A stretch of DNA of 64,000 nt, from assembly GCA_951804945.1 (NCBI GenBank), contig OX638160.1:36704001-36768000 (forward strand), in the 5' to 3' direction. The translations under genes and the position numbers were made by a program. Positions 1-11,859 of this stretch are shown piece by piece (position 1 is the first letter of the stretch; every line of letters starts with the position of its first letter). This DNA comes from Podarcis cretensis. Lineage: Eukaryota. The notes beneath the pieces are model-generated. The model saw only the letters and a list, made by a program, of their open reading frames with translations. It searched no databases and was not told where the DNA came from.

Positions 1-450
1 GCTGTTTATAAATCTGCAAATAACAATGGAATCTTAGGCTGCATTTAGTGTCCAGGTCATGAAATGTAATATTTCCACTTTATTCATCAGCACTGAACAA
101 ACCTCATCTGGAGTATTGTGTCTGTGTCCATTTCTAGGTGGAACACTTTGAGAAGAACATTGATCAACTGGTGTGTTCCAGAGTAGCATGGCCAGGATGG
201 TGATGAGAGTAGAAAGGAAATATTGTGAGGAATGATTGAAGACAGGGGTGTGGAAGAGAAAATTAAGGTGGAAGAGACATGATAGCAATCTTCAAATGTC
301 TAAAGAGCTCTCACACAGAGAATGAAGCTGGCTTATTCGCTGTTCCTTCAGACGGAAGGCTAGAACTAATGGGTGGTATGCAGTGAAGCAGATTTGGGCT
401 AAACATTAGGATATAGAGCAGTTCTACAATGGACCGCCTTGAGAGGTGAT
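1..450 (+). mobile_element. Old degraded CR1 LINE, ORF2 3' region (continues at 901-965)
   Basis: Frameshifted translation gives CR1 motifs: LGCI, PHLEYC (cctcatctggagtattgt), DMIAIFK (gacatgatagcaatcttcaaa), LNIR. Confidence 0.8.
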
Positions 451-534
451 GCAGCAAAGGGGTAAGGGAAAAAACACTGTCGATAAAGCAAAAGAAAAAA
501 ATTCTATGCATTGGAATTATATGTGAAATTTAGC

Positions 535-876
535 AAGGTAGAAGGTAAAGGACTCCTGGACAGTTAAGTCCAGTCAAAGGAGACTATGGAGTTGCGCTGC
601 TCATCTTGCTTTCAGGCCGAGGGAGCCGGCATTTGTCCGCAGACAGCTTTCCGGGTCATGTGGCCAGCATGACTAAACTGCTTCTGGCACAACGGGACAC
701 TGTGCTGGAAGCCAGAGCGCACTGAAATGCTGTTTACATTTCTGCCACAGTGATACCTATTTATCTACTTGCACTGGTGTGCTTTTGAACTGCTAGGTTG
801 GCAGGAGCTGGAACAGAGCAACAGGAGCCCCCACACGGGGATTTGAACTGCCAGCTCAGTGGTTTAGACCACAGCG
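535..876 (-). mobile_element. Sauria SINE inside the interrupted CR1
   Basis: aaggta tail; body ggtcatgtggccagcatgactaa, cctatttatctacttgcac, gaactgctaggttggcaggagc shared with nine other copies. Confidence 0.92.
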
Positions 877-900
877 TAAAATATATTTGAAAAACAAGAA

Positions 901-965
901 GTGATGAGCTCTCCTCTATGGGAGGTGTTTAATCAGAAGCTGGACAGCCATCTGTCAGGGATGTC
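901..965 (+). mobile_element. CR1 ORF2 extreme C-terminus
   Basis: Reads VMSSPLWEVFNQKLDSHLSGM, matching the CR1 end motif (V..PSLEVFK.RLD.HLSGM). Confidence 0.8.
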
Positions 966-990
966 ATACTTTCCTCCTACATCATATGGA

Positions 991-1133
991 GAACTCAGTT
1001 GGTTAGTGTGTGGTACTGATAATGCCAAGGTTGCAGGTTCGATCCCCGTATGGGACAACTGCATATTCCTGCATTGCAAGGGGTTGGACTAGATTATCCT
1101 CAGGATCCCTTCCAACTCTATGATTCTATGATT
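991..1133 (+). mobile_element. tRNA(Ile-like) SINE with CR1-type tail
   Basis: ctcagttggttag A-box, ctgataatgccaaggttgcaggttcgatccc B-box, tail gggttggactag...ttccaactctatgattctatgatt. Confidence 0.85.
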
Positions 1134-1795
1134 TCAGATATGGCATCAAGTTGGGTGTTGAATCAGTTGTCCTCATTTCTATGATCTTACCATTTCAATA
1201 CATTATAAATGGGTTGGGTGTTTTTGTGGCCCAGTGATTGACAACTTCCAAACACTCTAACAACCACCTGTGCAAGAAGAGGAGGCACCACTGGTGCTCG
1301 TGGAATTGCCTTGCGTTCCTCGGCTTTCAGAACTGTTTAGAACCCCTGAGAAACCAAAATATCTCGTTAGCCAAATTAGATTTCTGGGCTGGCTGTGCGT
1401 GGACACCTAGAAGAAGGTGGCAGCTTTGTTGCTGTTAGTATACAGCAAATTGAGACACTGTAGTTTTTCTATCTGCTACTAGAATAAGCCCTCTTTTAAA
1501 AAAAAAAAAAATTAAAAATAGGGGAGGTTGCTGGAGCCCCAGCGTCTCATTTTTAACAAGGACCAGCTGAAAAATGAAGGCACGCTGCACACAAACCATC
1601 TTATGTCTGCCAATTCATTTCCTGGCCCTGAAAAGTGGAGAGGGGGAGAAAACCTCTCCAGTTTCCTCTTAGGCAGGCCAAACATGGCAGAGCACCAGGG
1701 GAATTCAGAATGGAATCAATTGCACTTGTTACTGAGTTTTCTTTATTCTTATATTACCAGGGCCTGGGTACTCAGCTGCAAACAATTACAATGAA

Positions 1796-1927
1796 NNNNN
1801 NNNNNNNNNNNNNNNNNNNNNNNNNNNNNNNNNNNNNNNNNNNNNNNNNNNNNNNNNNNNNNNNNNNNNNNNNNNNNNNNNNNNNNNNNNNNNNNNNNNN
1901 NNNNNNNNNNNNNNNNNNNNNNNNNNN
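1796..1927. other. Assembly gap
   Basis: Run of N. Confidence 1.
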
Positions 1928-3406
1928 AAATGCACAGAGCTGATAAAGACTTAATAGCAGCCACTTATATGAGCATTTGGAAAAAGGGTTTTACATTTAA
2001 AGGATCAAGAATAATTAAAATAAAGTACCAGGTTGGGTTTGGGTTGTGGTTGTTTTTTTTAAATGGAAGACAAAATATATAATGGTGAACTAGGACTGAC
2101 TCTCAAGGACCTTATACTTCAAGAAGATAACCAAATTTGCATCAGTCATAGGAGTTAAACTTGATCCAGAACTTCTCTGCCTGATCCGAGTCTTACCAGG
2201 CCGCATGCCAATCTTCCTCTGAATATAGTTGACAGGGTGGAATTCCAGTCCAGTTCTCACATTATATTTTCTAGGCATGGGATATCTTCCAAAATCAAAT
2301 CCCTTGACAGAATAAAAGGGCTCTATTGTCTGAGTAAATTTCAGATTTGATTTCTGATCGCCTGCCCGTACTTGAATTGCAAACCGTATTCTGGAGTGCT
2401 GCAGTTAATAGGTTTGTTGAAAAGCAAGGCACATATTAAACTCCACATCCATTCATGCAGTAAATATATGCATGTTTCCAGAGACGAGAACAAGTTGTAA
2501 GAGTCAATCTGCCTTTAGAAAATGTGAGGTATGGACCGAATATCAGAGCCACACAAAATGTTTTACTCTTCTCCTCCCCCTCAGAGGAAAATCAGGATTA
2601 TTATTAATAATAATAATTTATACGCTTCCCTTCATCAAAATATCTCAGGGCATTTCACAAGATGAAAACAAATATAATCCTAATAGGTTATATCCAGCAC
2701 AATGTATTTTTTCAACCATGAATTTGGTATAAAGGGACAGCATTGTACGCAACTGACACCAAATGGTGGACACTGGAGATACCACTAGATCAATAAAATT
2801 ATACTATGACTTATCATCATCATTATACACAGGCAGTAAAATGGGTGGAAGTCTAGTTTGAGTCTGACTAGCATTCACTAGCTGGCCATAGCAGTGCCTT
2901 CTCCGTGGTGGTGCCAAGTCTTTGGCTCATTTTTTAATCTTTGCAAATCCCTCCTTGCATTTCGGGAACACACCTTAAGGTATTGTTATTTGGCTGAGCC
3001 TCTGGCATTGTGAAGCCACAGAATCTGTTCTGCTTTCTTATGAACGGTCCTACAGTTAGCCTTCTATTTCTAACAATTATACAGTGCTTAGATTTTTATT
3101 ATTTTATTGTCACAAACCCGATATTTCGTTTATCTTGATTGTAAACCATCTTAGAACACTATTTTTAGAAAGGTGGTGTATACAATGTAGCATAAACAAA
3201 TAGCATGGGAGAGTACAGGCTTCACTGTAATTTTTTAGAACTTGTATAATTGGGAAAGTGTTGTCGCGCAGATAAAATGCAAGCTACGTCATCACTCCAG
3301 AAATGCATGCAGCCTGATCCAGCTGTGAGGTTCTGCGGGTGTGCAAGAGGATTTCCACATGCATACCCTTAAGTAGATGGGTAGTCACATCTGCAAGGGG
3401 TTATAC

Positions 3407-3737
3407 CATGGGTAGGCAAACTAAGGCCCGGGGGCCAGATCCGGCCCAATTGCCTTCTAAATCTGGCCTGCGGACAGTCCGGGAATCAGTGTGTTTTTAC
3501 CTGAGTAGAATGTGTCCTTTAATTTGAAATGCATCTCTGGGTTATTTGGGGGGCCTGCCTAGTGTTTTTACATGAGTAGAATGTGCGCTTTTATTTAAAA
3601 TGCATCACTGGGTTATTTGTGGGGCATAGGAATTCATTCATTTCCCCCCCCCCAACAGAAAAAAAAATAGTACGGCCCCCCACAAGGTCTGAGGGACAGT
3701 GGACTGGCCCCCTGCTGAAAAAGTTTGCTGATCCCTG
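3407..3737 (-). mobile_element. Non-autonomous hAT (Charlie/Buster group, OposCharlie1-like end)
   Basis: Termini catgggtaggcaaact / agtttgctgatccctg; TSD ggttatac (3399-3406) vs ggttatag (3738-3745). Confidence 0.85.
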
Positions 3738-3789
3738 GGTTATAGCGTTAACAAGGGTTCCAGGGTCTGGGCTGAGGCACATGGCACAG

Positions 3790-3950
3790 CAATCTTGCTG
3801 AAGCTAAGCAGGTCTAGATCTGGTCACTGCCTTGATGAGAGACCAGCTGGGAACACCAAGTAGAGGCCACCCTTAATTCCAGTGGGGATGGCTGCCTATC
3901 GGGGATGCTGTAGCAGAGGAATTCCAGCTTCAGCAGGGGTTGGACTACAT
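3790..3950 (+). mobile_element. 5S rRNA-derived SINE fragment with CR1-like tail
   Basis: gaagctaagcaggtctagatctggtcactgccttgatgagagaccagctgggaacac resembles the 5S internal promoter region; followed by cagcaggggttggactac. Confidence 0.65.
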
Positions 3951-4087
3951 CAGGGTTTCCCAAACTTGGGTCTCCAGCTGTTTTTGGACTACAACTCCCA
4001 CCATCCCTACCTAGCAAGACCAGTGATCAGGTATGGTGGGAATTGCAGTCCAAAAAACAGCTGGAGACCCAGGTTTGGGAAACACTA
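3951..4087. mobile_element. Palindromic ~136-bp hAT MITE
   Basis: cagggtttcccaaacttgggtctccagctgtttttggactacaa ... ttgcagtccaaaaaacagctggagacccaggtttgggaaacact; degenerate TSD gactacat/ggatacat. Confidence 0.85.
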
Positions 4088-4106
4088 GGATACATGGTCC
4101 TTATAG

Positions 4107-4638
4107 CAGGGTTGCCATTGAGCCAGGGCTGCATACCTAGCCTATCATCCCACCTTCGTCACCAGTAAAGTGTAGGTGGGTTCCCTTGAGGCAAGACAGA
4201 GAGATAACAGCAAGAACCTTTATTGACTACATAACTGGGAAGCAGAGGCAAATCAACTACTTAAATACTTTTCTGAAAGCCGGGCCATTCCCACTCCCAA
4301 CGTGATTGGCTGTCTACACTTCCACACTGCGAATCATGACTCAGAGTTCAAGGGCCAATGGCAGAGGCCAAAATCCTGAAATGTTCTGTGATTGGACAAC
4401 ATGTATCAAATCAGAACACAGGAGTTCAGATTCCTTAGTCCAGACTCAAGCTCAGGCAAACACAGACCACTGAATACATAACACCTGTATTTCAGAAAGG
4501 AAAAACCAGGACACCACGAAAGTTGTTGAGCTAAAAAAACAAGTTTCTTTTATTGACTTGCCTAAGATCTAGAACAAAGCACTGCCTTTCAGAAATTAGA
4601 CGTCACTTCCGCCTTTGAACGGACATACGGCAGCCCTA
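4107..4638. mobile_element. hAT (Blackjack-like TIR) MITE interrupted by an LTR-like insert
   Basis: Termini cagggttgcca / cggcagcccta; TSD ccttatag/tcttatag; partly resembles 40797-40990. Confidence 0.7.
4118..4483 (-). mobile_element. Probable solo LTR (Gypsy-like)
   Basis: Minus strand starts tgttatgtattcag, has CCAAT boxes, tatttaag, aataaa (plus tttatt near 4218) and ends ...tca. Confidence 0.55.
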
Positions 4639-4982
4639 TCTTATAGTGCTGTGATTGCCTCATCTCAGTGATTCTCAGAAGGACTCCAAGGTGGGATAAG
4701 CTTAGCCAAATGTGGATCAGGAGGAGAATCAACTGCTTTTATGCTGAATAGATTTATTTTTTTATCTAAGATTTGTGGGTAAAGAGAGTTCCTTCGTTTA
4801 AGTTTAAGTTTCCGGGGTCCTAGAGTTTGTACTGTTTATTGGTTTAATTTTACCCCAAGTCCAAATACACTTTGAAATGTAACATGGCATTATATCATTT
4901 GTAGTTACAAAGCACAGGCGCTTTCCCCTGACAGTGAGCAGAGCCATGTGGCTTAATTGGATGGATGCACAACAACCATTCC

Positions 4983-4984
<2 letters not shown>

Positions 4985-5014
<30 letters not shown>
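4985..5014. repeat. (CA)n microsatellite
   Basis: Direct observation. Confidence 0.95.
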
Positions 5015-5016
<2 letters not shown>

Positions 5017-6962
5017 AGAAGGATGAGAGAGGGAGGGGAGTCAGGATCAACAGCCAGGATAAGCATGGTCCAACATCCCAGGACCCTGCCTAATATGAAA
5101 CTTAGTCAAGAAGATGTAACAGCGCCAAGTAACTAGGAGCTGCAGAAGCAAGGCTCAACGCTGAATTCTAAACTTTAGAATAACAGCCAAAACTCCAGAG
5201 AAGCTTGAATCTGATAACCACTTAAAGAACGGCTCCAGGATTTTCATTAAACTTCCACTTGGAAGCACTGGGCCTGGGCCTGGAGGTGAAGCCAGGCTTG
5301 GAATGCTTAATAAGATGCTGGAGGGTGGGAAGAAAAGAAAATGGGAGAAAGAAAATGTGAGGATAATCCCCAAAAAGAGGGAGGCGGGGAGAGAGAAACC
5401 ATGCCTTTGGCCTATGTCATTGAAAGGTGGTGTTCTGAGATGCTCCTCTTTAGTTAAGCATCCTTTGAGGAGGGAACTGCATTCAGAATATTGAGGTGAA
5501 ATGTGTGTCCCATATATGGCTTCTATTTAAACTAAAGCTCCTACTGGTTTGGTTTTTCTTCTCCTGCCCCGCCCTCCCCTGCTTGAAGTTTCTTGCTTCT
5601 TCTAGCAAAAAGACATCACATAATTGAAAGCTCAAGTTTTTCAGTATTAAGCTAAAGAACTGTCAAACTGGCCTTTAACATTATGCTGGATTTGGGTTGC
5701 TTTGTTTTTACTGGACATCATTACTTTGTTGGCTCTTGTAGCGTTAGAACAGGACGTCCCATTTTGAGTGATGCTAAGCCCTTTTTCTTCCTCATCCTCT
5801 TCCTCCAACACTTAAGAGGGGCCACCACCCTCTTAAGTCCATAACCTCATCCCCAAGGACCCCTACCCTATTAAGAAGCATTATTAAGAATAGCGGTTTA
5901 CATGGCCCACTAAGGAAGGCAATTAGCAAACAAAATTCAAAACAATTAAGTGCCAAATCCAATTAAAATGATTTAGTTTCATTAATTCAACCAAACTGAT
6001 GAACTTCATCCAGTGATGCCAACTTCTCAAAGTCTAATAGGCATTTGCACCTCTGCCCCCTTGCCTTTCAGCACCCCTAGGTAATTCCACTGTCCCCCCA
6101 GGGGTGGTTTCACCCACTTTGGCAACCACTGAACTAGATCATCGTTGTGGCAGATCTAATCGCAAGCAGACAGGGCATTGCATCATGGTCCCCCTTTCTG
6201 TAATGAGACAATATTATCCGGATTGTTCTTTCCCTTCAGTGGAAAGGGTTTTACAGCATTTATATATAACCTCTGGTATCACTTCAGCAGCTTGAACAGG
6301 ATTCCAAGCTTGGGAAGACAAATTGCTTGCCTGTGCTTGGGCAAACCATGAACTATAACTCTTGTTAGTTTTGATGTCTAATGATGCGGTTGTACACAAG
6401 TAATGTTGAGCTACGCAGAAGCCCAGAGATCCCCGCTCTTGTGTTATGAACAAGCCAGGAGTCATTCCACACACAACACAGAAGGTGGCCTGAGGTGAGA
6501 GAATTCTGGACTCTACCACTACTGCCCCGATGACTCTGCTACACTAGTTAGTGCACATAAGGAGATCTGGGTTGGTTGCCTTTTAATCTGGTGAAGCATT
6601 GGGGGGAGGGGAATGTAGCACACTGCAGAATAGAAGAAGAGAGAAGCAGAGCTAGCCAATTGCCTCTGCTGAGCAACCGCTGCCTTTGGACTTTCCTCAC
6701 CTGTCACCAGCATCAGACGGCCTGCCCTGTATCCAACCCGGCTGGTTGTACTTTTAATAACTGGTGTCTGGGTTTGCTTTCTACTGCCCTCCTCATCCCT
6801 TTTTCCTTGTGTGTCATGTCTTCTAGATTACAAAAGCATCCCATGGCATATGTTCAGGCTTCCATTACATGCACACCCAGGCAGCTCTTTCTTCAATATT
6901 TGGTTTTCACAGGCAGCATTTCCATTGTGAGCATATTTTCCGTCCAAGTCAGATGGAGTTTC

Positions 6963-7531
6963 TTTTTTCTTTTTAATAATTTTTGTTGAATAATTTTATG
7001 TTACATAAAAAAATACAGCCATACTACCACTAAATATAATTAAGAAATAAAAATTGCATACATTGATATTTAGTTTGTTATTTGTTATTTACCGTCTTAT
7101 TTTCTCCCAAACATTGCATACAACACACATATGTGCAGACACCCACACACCCACACCCACACACAAAATGATAATAATGAAAGTAAATATTTTTCCCCCT
7201 TTTATCTTCCAAAATCTTTTCTTTAGCTTTGACTTCCTGTCAAGTCCCTTTGCATATATTTTATCTTACATTTGAAGGTGCACAAAACAATAAACCTTTC
7301 TATATAATTTTTCTAATACATTCTGAAAACATAATAAATCCTTAATTGTTGTCCACCTCCTTTTAGTTCCTTTATCACTCGAATGCTAGCACGGAGTCAA
7401 AACTATTATTGTATTTTTGAACATATCTTCTATAACCATCCCATTTTTCCGCAAATTTTTGCTTTGAGTTTCCTCTGAGTTTACTAGTCAGTTGAGCCGT
7501 CTCCACCAATTCCTGTAATTTGATTTGCCAA
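6963..7531 (-). mobile_element. 5'-truncated L1/Tx1-like LINE 3' end
   Basis: 17-bp TSD aagtcagatggagtttc (6946-6962, 7532-7548); minus strand reads WQIKLQELVETAQLTSKLRG...KFAEKW; T-rich tail. Confidence 0.85.
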
Positions 7532-7974
7532 AAGTCAGATGGAGTTTCAGCATCGTTCCCTTGCCCCCCACCCTAAAACATTCTTCCCTCTTCCTAGCCA
7601 TAGTGACATCGCCACATGTAAATCCAATTTGGTTATTGGATAGCACTGACAGCAAACAAAACCTAAGTCAGAGTGGTTGAACTCTGCATTTGCTTTGCTT
7701 GCCTTCAGTGACATCACCACGTCGCCAAATCTGATTGGCTACATGATGTCACTGTTAACGAGGAAGGTGATGGATTTAAGAATTTTAAAATTATGTTGGA
7801 ATTGCTCCAAACTGAACTACAAATTCCATCAGATAGGCTTTCAGTAAATGTGCTCTACTTCTCATGCTAAAAATATTCAGCAGGAAACATTTGGTGAGCT
7901 CTGAATATAGGAGCATAGCAAGGTGCCTCAAAGCATGTTGTGAACAGCCCTTCTGGCTTCATATTATCTACAGT

Positions 7975-8088
7975 GACTGCCAGTAGAAAGACAATGAGTC
8001 TTTCGCAACCCTTCCAGGAGACCCCAGGGATTGAACCTGGGTCCTTCAGAATGCAAGAAAGTTGCTCTTCCAGTGAGCCACATCCCTG
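7975..8088 (-). mobile_element. tRNA-derived SINE fragment
   Basis: gggattgaacctgggtccttc...gagccacatccc is the reverse complement of the head at 28870. Confidence 0.65.
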
Positions 8089-9261
8089 TGCCTTCCGCTT
8101 TTCAATTAACTTGCTTTTGCACCCATGTGAACGTGCTAACGTGTTATTTTGTGTAGGTAGCATTCAGCCATTGTCTCTTCGCAATATGGAACATAAAATG
8201 CCTATTTCAAAAGGCTGATTGTATTTCTGTCCCTTGTGGAGGCACAGAAGCAAGATGTTAAAGCCTCAGGTCTCCAAAGGAATAACACGAACTGGCTCAT
8301 TGCGAAAAACCATTGCACAATTATTCGGAACGCATTGTCCTACCAGGGCCATGTGGGTTTCTCACGTTCAGCAGGCTGATGAGCAAAGAGAGACAATGAG
8401 ACAGGGTATAATTTGAATCCATAAAATCCTATAACAGAACCCTTATGATTGGTTCTTCTTGAACTCAATAAATGTGAAAAACCAACAGGGCATCATATAA
8501 ACAATTTTTGTATTCTTACGGATTCAAATCCTCAGGTGATGGCCAATTAAACCACCCTAAAGCGTTAAATAGCATGACATTCTTATTTCATGGTTGAGCT
8601 CAAAAGCCGAATTCTGTCTTATTAAATTCGTACAGCTCCTTCCCATAACAGAACACTTGAGGAATCAATTTGTTTAGCCGACATTTTATGGCGGCACAAG
8701 AAAAGACACCAGGAATTCATGCCTTCAGAGACGCTGCTGAAGCCATTGTGAGAAAAATGCTGACTGTGAGAGTGCCATTGTGTGCCGTCAAAGTACACTC
8801 TGGAGAGAGAGGAAAGAACAGTTGAGAAAGTCACAATGTATACTGGCAACACTCTCCGCCTCAAGGATGTAATTTAAAAGTGTGCTGTATTCCCTTGTTC
8901 CCTTTCCAAGCTGACACTAGCTCTGGATCAACACTGGTAAAATAAAAATAAGTGCTGGCACCCATCATAATTCATGCCATTATCCCTCTTATTTTACACA
9001 CACAAAACTCAGGCAGATATTTCATGGAACAAACATCTCTTTGTGAGACATACTTCTTCAGACTTTCAGACTGGGGCCTCAGGCCTGATCCACATCACAG
9101 CTTTTTTATTATTATTATCATCTATATGTCGCTACCCAGGGTACAGATGGCATTTTACAGACTAATATAAGCATGCGTGCACACACAAAATTCTCCAAAG
9201 CAGCTTCCTCTCTAAATTTAGACAAGAACCAGAGGGTGAAGCCAGAGGTACGTGGTTTGTG

Positions 9262-9417
9262 CTGTGATCAGCTCCTGTCTGGAAACCAATGTCCCCACTG
9301 TGGAAGGACGTGTGGATCCAGAATTGGCCTCCACTGTCACTTATGGACTCATTGTTAAAACCGTGTTTATGGAAGACAATCTTACTCAGCTACGAGTGAT
9401 CGCCAAAGAAGAAGAAG
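9262..9417 (+). mobile_element. RTE-clade LINE 3' end
   Basis: C-terminal zinc finger CPHCGRTCGSRIGLHCHLWTH, short UTR and (gaa)n tail. Confidence 0.8.
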
Positions 9418-9774
9418 GTGTTTTTGAAAGTGAAGTCAACGTGAGTTTGCTTTGCTGTAGAAATTTTTATTGATTGATTCTATACCATTTAATATTTCAA
9501 AAACTTCCTAAGCATTGTCCTGCACACAAAAACAGCAACAGTTACAAAAATACACATTAAGACCACTGGAAGAAATAGCTAATAAATAGATCCAGATAGC
9601 ATGTCTTCCGATCATCTATCGATCAATCGATCGATCAATCGATAGATCTAATCTATCTGATTTATTTAACACCCTTCATCAAAAGATCTCAGGGGGGTTC
9701 ACAAGATAACAACACAAGACAAAAAGTACAAATCAACACTTAAAACAGAAACAACAAATCAATAACACCCCCTC

Positions 9775-10090
9775 CAACAAACCCCTGAAGAAGCATCTCC
9801 ACCTCCACCGTTCAGCCCAGACACTGAGGTCCACCTCAGAGGGTCTTCTGGTGGTTCCCTCACTGTGAGAAGTGAAGTTGCAGGGAACCAACCAAGTCTT
9901 CTTGGCAGTGGTGCCCTGCCTGTGGAGATAAAGAACTACACAACTTTTAGAAGACATCTAAAGACAGCCTTGTATTGGGAAGTTTTTAGTGTTCAATATT
10001 TTATTATGTTTTATATGTGATAGCCGCCCAGCATGGTTGGGGAAACCCAGCCAGATGGGCGAGGTGGTACTACAACAACAGCAACAACAA
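9775..10090 (+). mobile_element. L2 LINE 3' end
   Basis: ggttccctcactgtgagaagtgaagttgcagggaacc...ttagaagacatctaaag...ggggaaacccagccagatgggc, same as 48075-48410. Confidence 0.75.
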
Positions 10091-10099
10091 ATATGCTGT

Positions 10100-10320
10100 G
10101 GAATATTAATCAACTCAAGGCCTGGTTGAAAATGAAGGTTTTTGCTTGGTGCCTTAAGATATATAAGGAAGGCGCCAGACGAACCTCCCTGGGGAGAGCA
10201 TTCCACAAATGGGAGTCACTACAGAAATGGCCCGTTCTCATGTTGCCACCCTCCAGACCTCATGTGGAGGAGGCACACAAAGAAGGGCCTCAGATGGTGA
10301 TCTCAGGGTCTGGGTTGGTT
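10100..10320 (-). mobile_element. L2 LINE fragment
   Basis: aaggcctggttgaaa...ctccctggggagagcattccacaaatggg...ttgccaccctc is the reverse complement of 24830-24980. Confidence 0.75.
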
Positions 10321-11859
10321 CTTCTCCTCACTCACTGATACACGTCCCCACTCAAGACCTCTCAGCCTCCTGGCTCTCACCCAGGACTCCACCCATCCAC
10401 CCCTACCCTCAGGACCCAGACAAACTCACAGACCACCACCGTACAAAACCTCACAACAAATAGAGTTTCTGGAGCCTGCTGACAACCACCCTAGTCTCTC
10501 CATTCAACACTTGCTTTTATGGGCAGGCACCAAGGTATGGCACATCACCTGAGCATTCAACTATGTGCCATCTATGAAGTGAGATGAAGTGTGCAAACCA
10601 GCCTTCTATCTCATATTGATACAACAAGGACATTGTCATAACTATCACGGAAACATTTGTGTGGTTACCATGCCTATACATAAAACTCTCTGTTCCAGGT
10701 GTGGGTGGGAAGAGTCACTGACTAGAAGTAGGAAGAAACTGTTAACTAAAGAGAGAGAGAAAGGTTAATTCTCAGCTCATACATTTATTCTCAGTACCAG
10801 AATTGAACTCGCAGTCCTTTCAGGCAAAACTTCACTGCTGGTTTTCTCCCAACTTTTCTTAGTTTCAGCTGGATAATTTAAGGTGGGTTGGAAAGCTGTT
10901 ATTGGTATTTTTGAACAACTGGGAACTAGAACTGCCTTTTGATCTACCGCAACCCATCCAGAGTCCTAGCTGTAGATGTTAATCTCTCTTCTTCCCACCC
11001 CTGCTCTAGAAAACCAAAGGGAGGCCATCAAAAATTGCGGATCAGCAGAACACAGCCATGACCACCAGGAAAGGATTTGATTACCAATTCTTGCTATTCA
11101 TCAATCAGGCTCTTTGGTTTTGGTGATGGATTTTAGACTTCTCCGAAGAGTCTTCGTGTTTGCCTGGTTTTTGTTATTTTAGTGTCACAGATCCTATATA
11201 AGCCCGCAGTGAGGAAGCAAGGCTAACCAAGGGTGATTTTCATTCACAACAAATTCTTGTGGGCAACTCCACTTCCCACATCCACAGCTGGGCAGTTATC
11301 CAGAGTGCAGATTCCACACGGAAAGCTGAGTCTGTGCCCTCAGGTGCCATATCCAGGATATACCACTTCACATAGCAGATATGGGGGTCACAGGGCCGGC
11401 CCAAGACATTTTGTTACCTGAGGCAAACCAGAAAATGGCAACTCTCTGGGAATCCTGGGAATTGTAGATTTTTAAGGGTGCAGGATGAAAGCATAGATAG
11501 AGAATATCAGACTCAGGGACCACATACTGGGCCTTTCTGTCAAGGCTCAGGCCACTCCCACTTTGCACCCTCCTTGCCTGTTTTTGACAGACCGAAATAC
11601 GTATTTGGATTGAAAGAAGGCATGGTGGTGGTGGAGAGCGCTCATCTTGCTTCCTCACCCCCACCCTCCAAAAAATCCTCCTCTTTCCATTCCTCTGACC
11701 AACTTCTCTCTTGCCTTTGCACCACAGCTTACTAGCTAGAGACTGAAACTGTTTTCTTGCAAAGCTATGAGCCTGCCTGTCATCAGGAAGCCACCCATGT
11801 AGAAACTGGTAGGTTTACTCCCAAATGAGGAACAAACTCAGGATCCGGCTGGTGCTATG

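Noticed and set aside
991-1060. Functional tRNA gene (also near 28870 and 47480)
   Set aside because: Degenerate acceptor stem and attached LINE-like tail indicate SINE heads
3790-3865. Functional 5S rRNA gene
   Set aside because: Partial and heavily diverged
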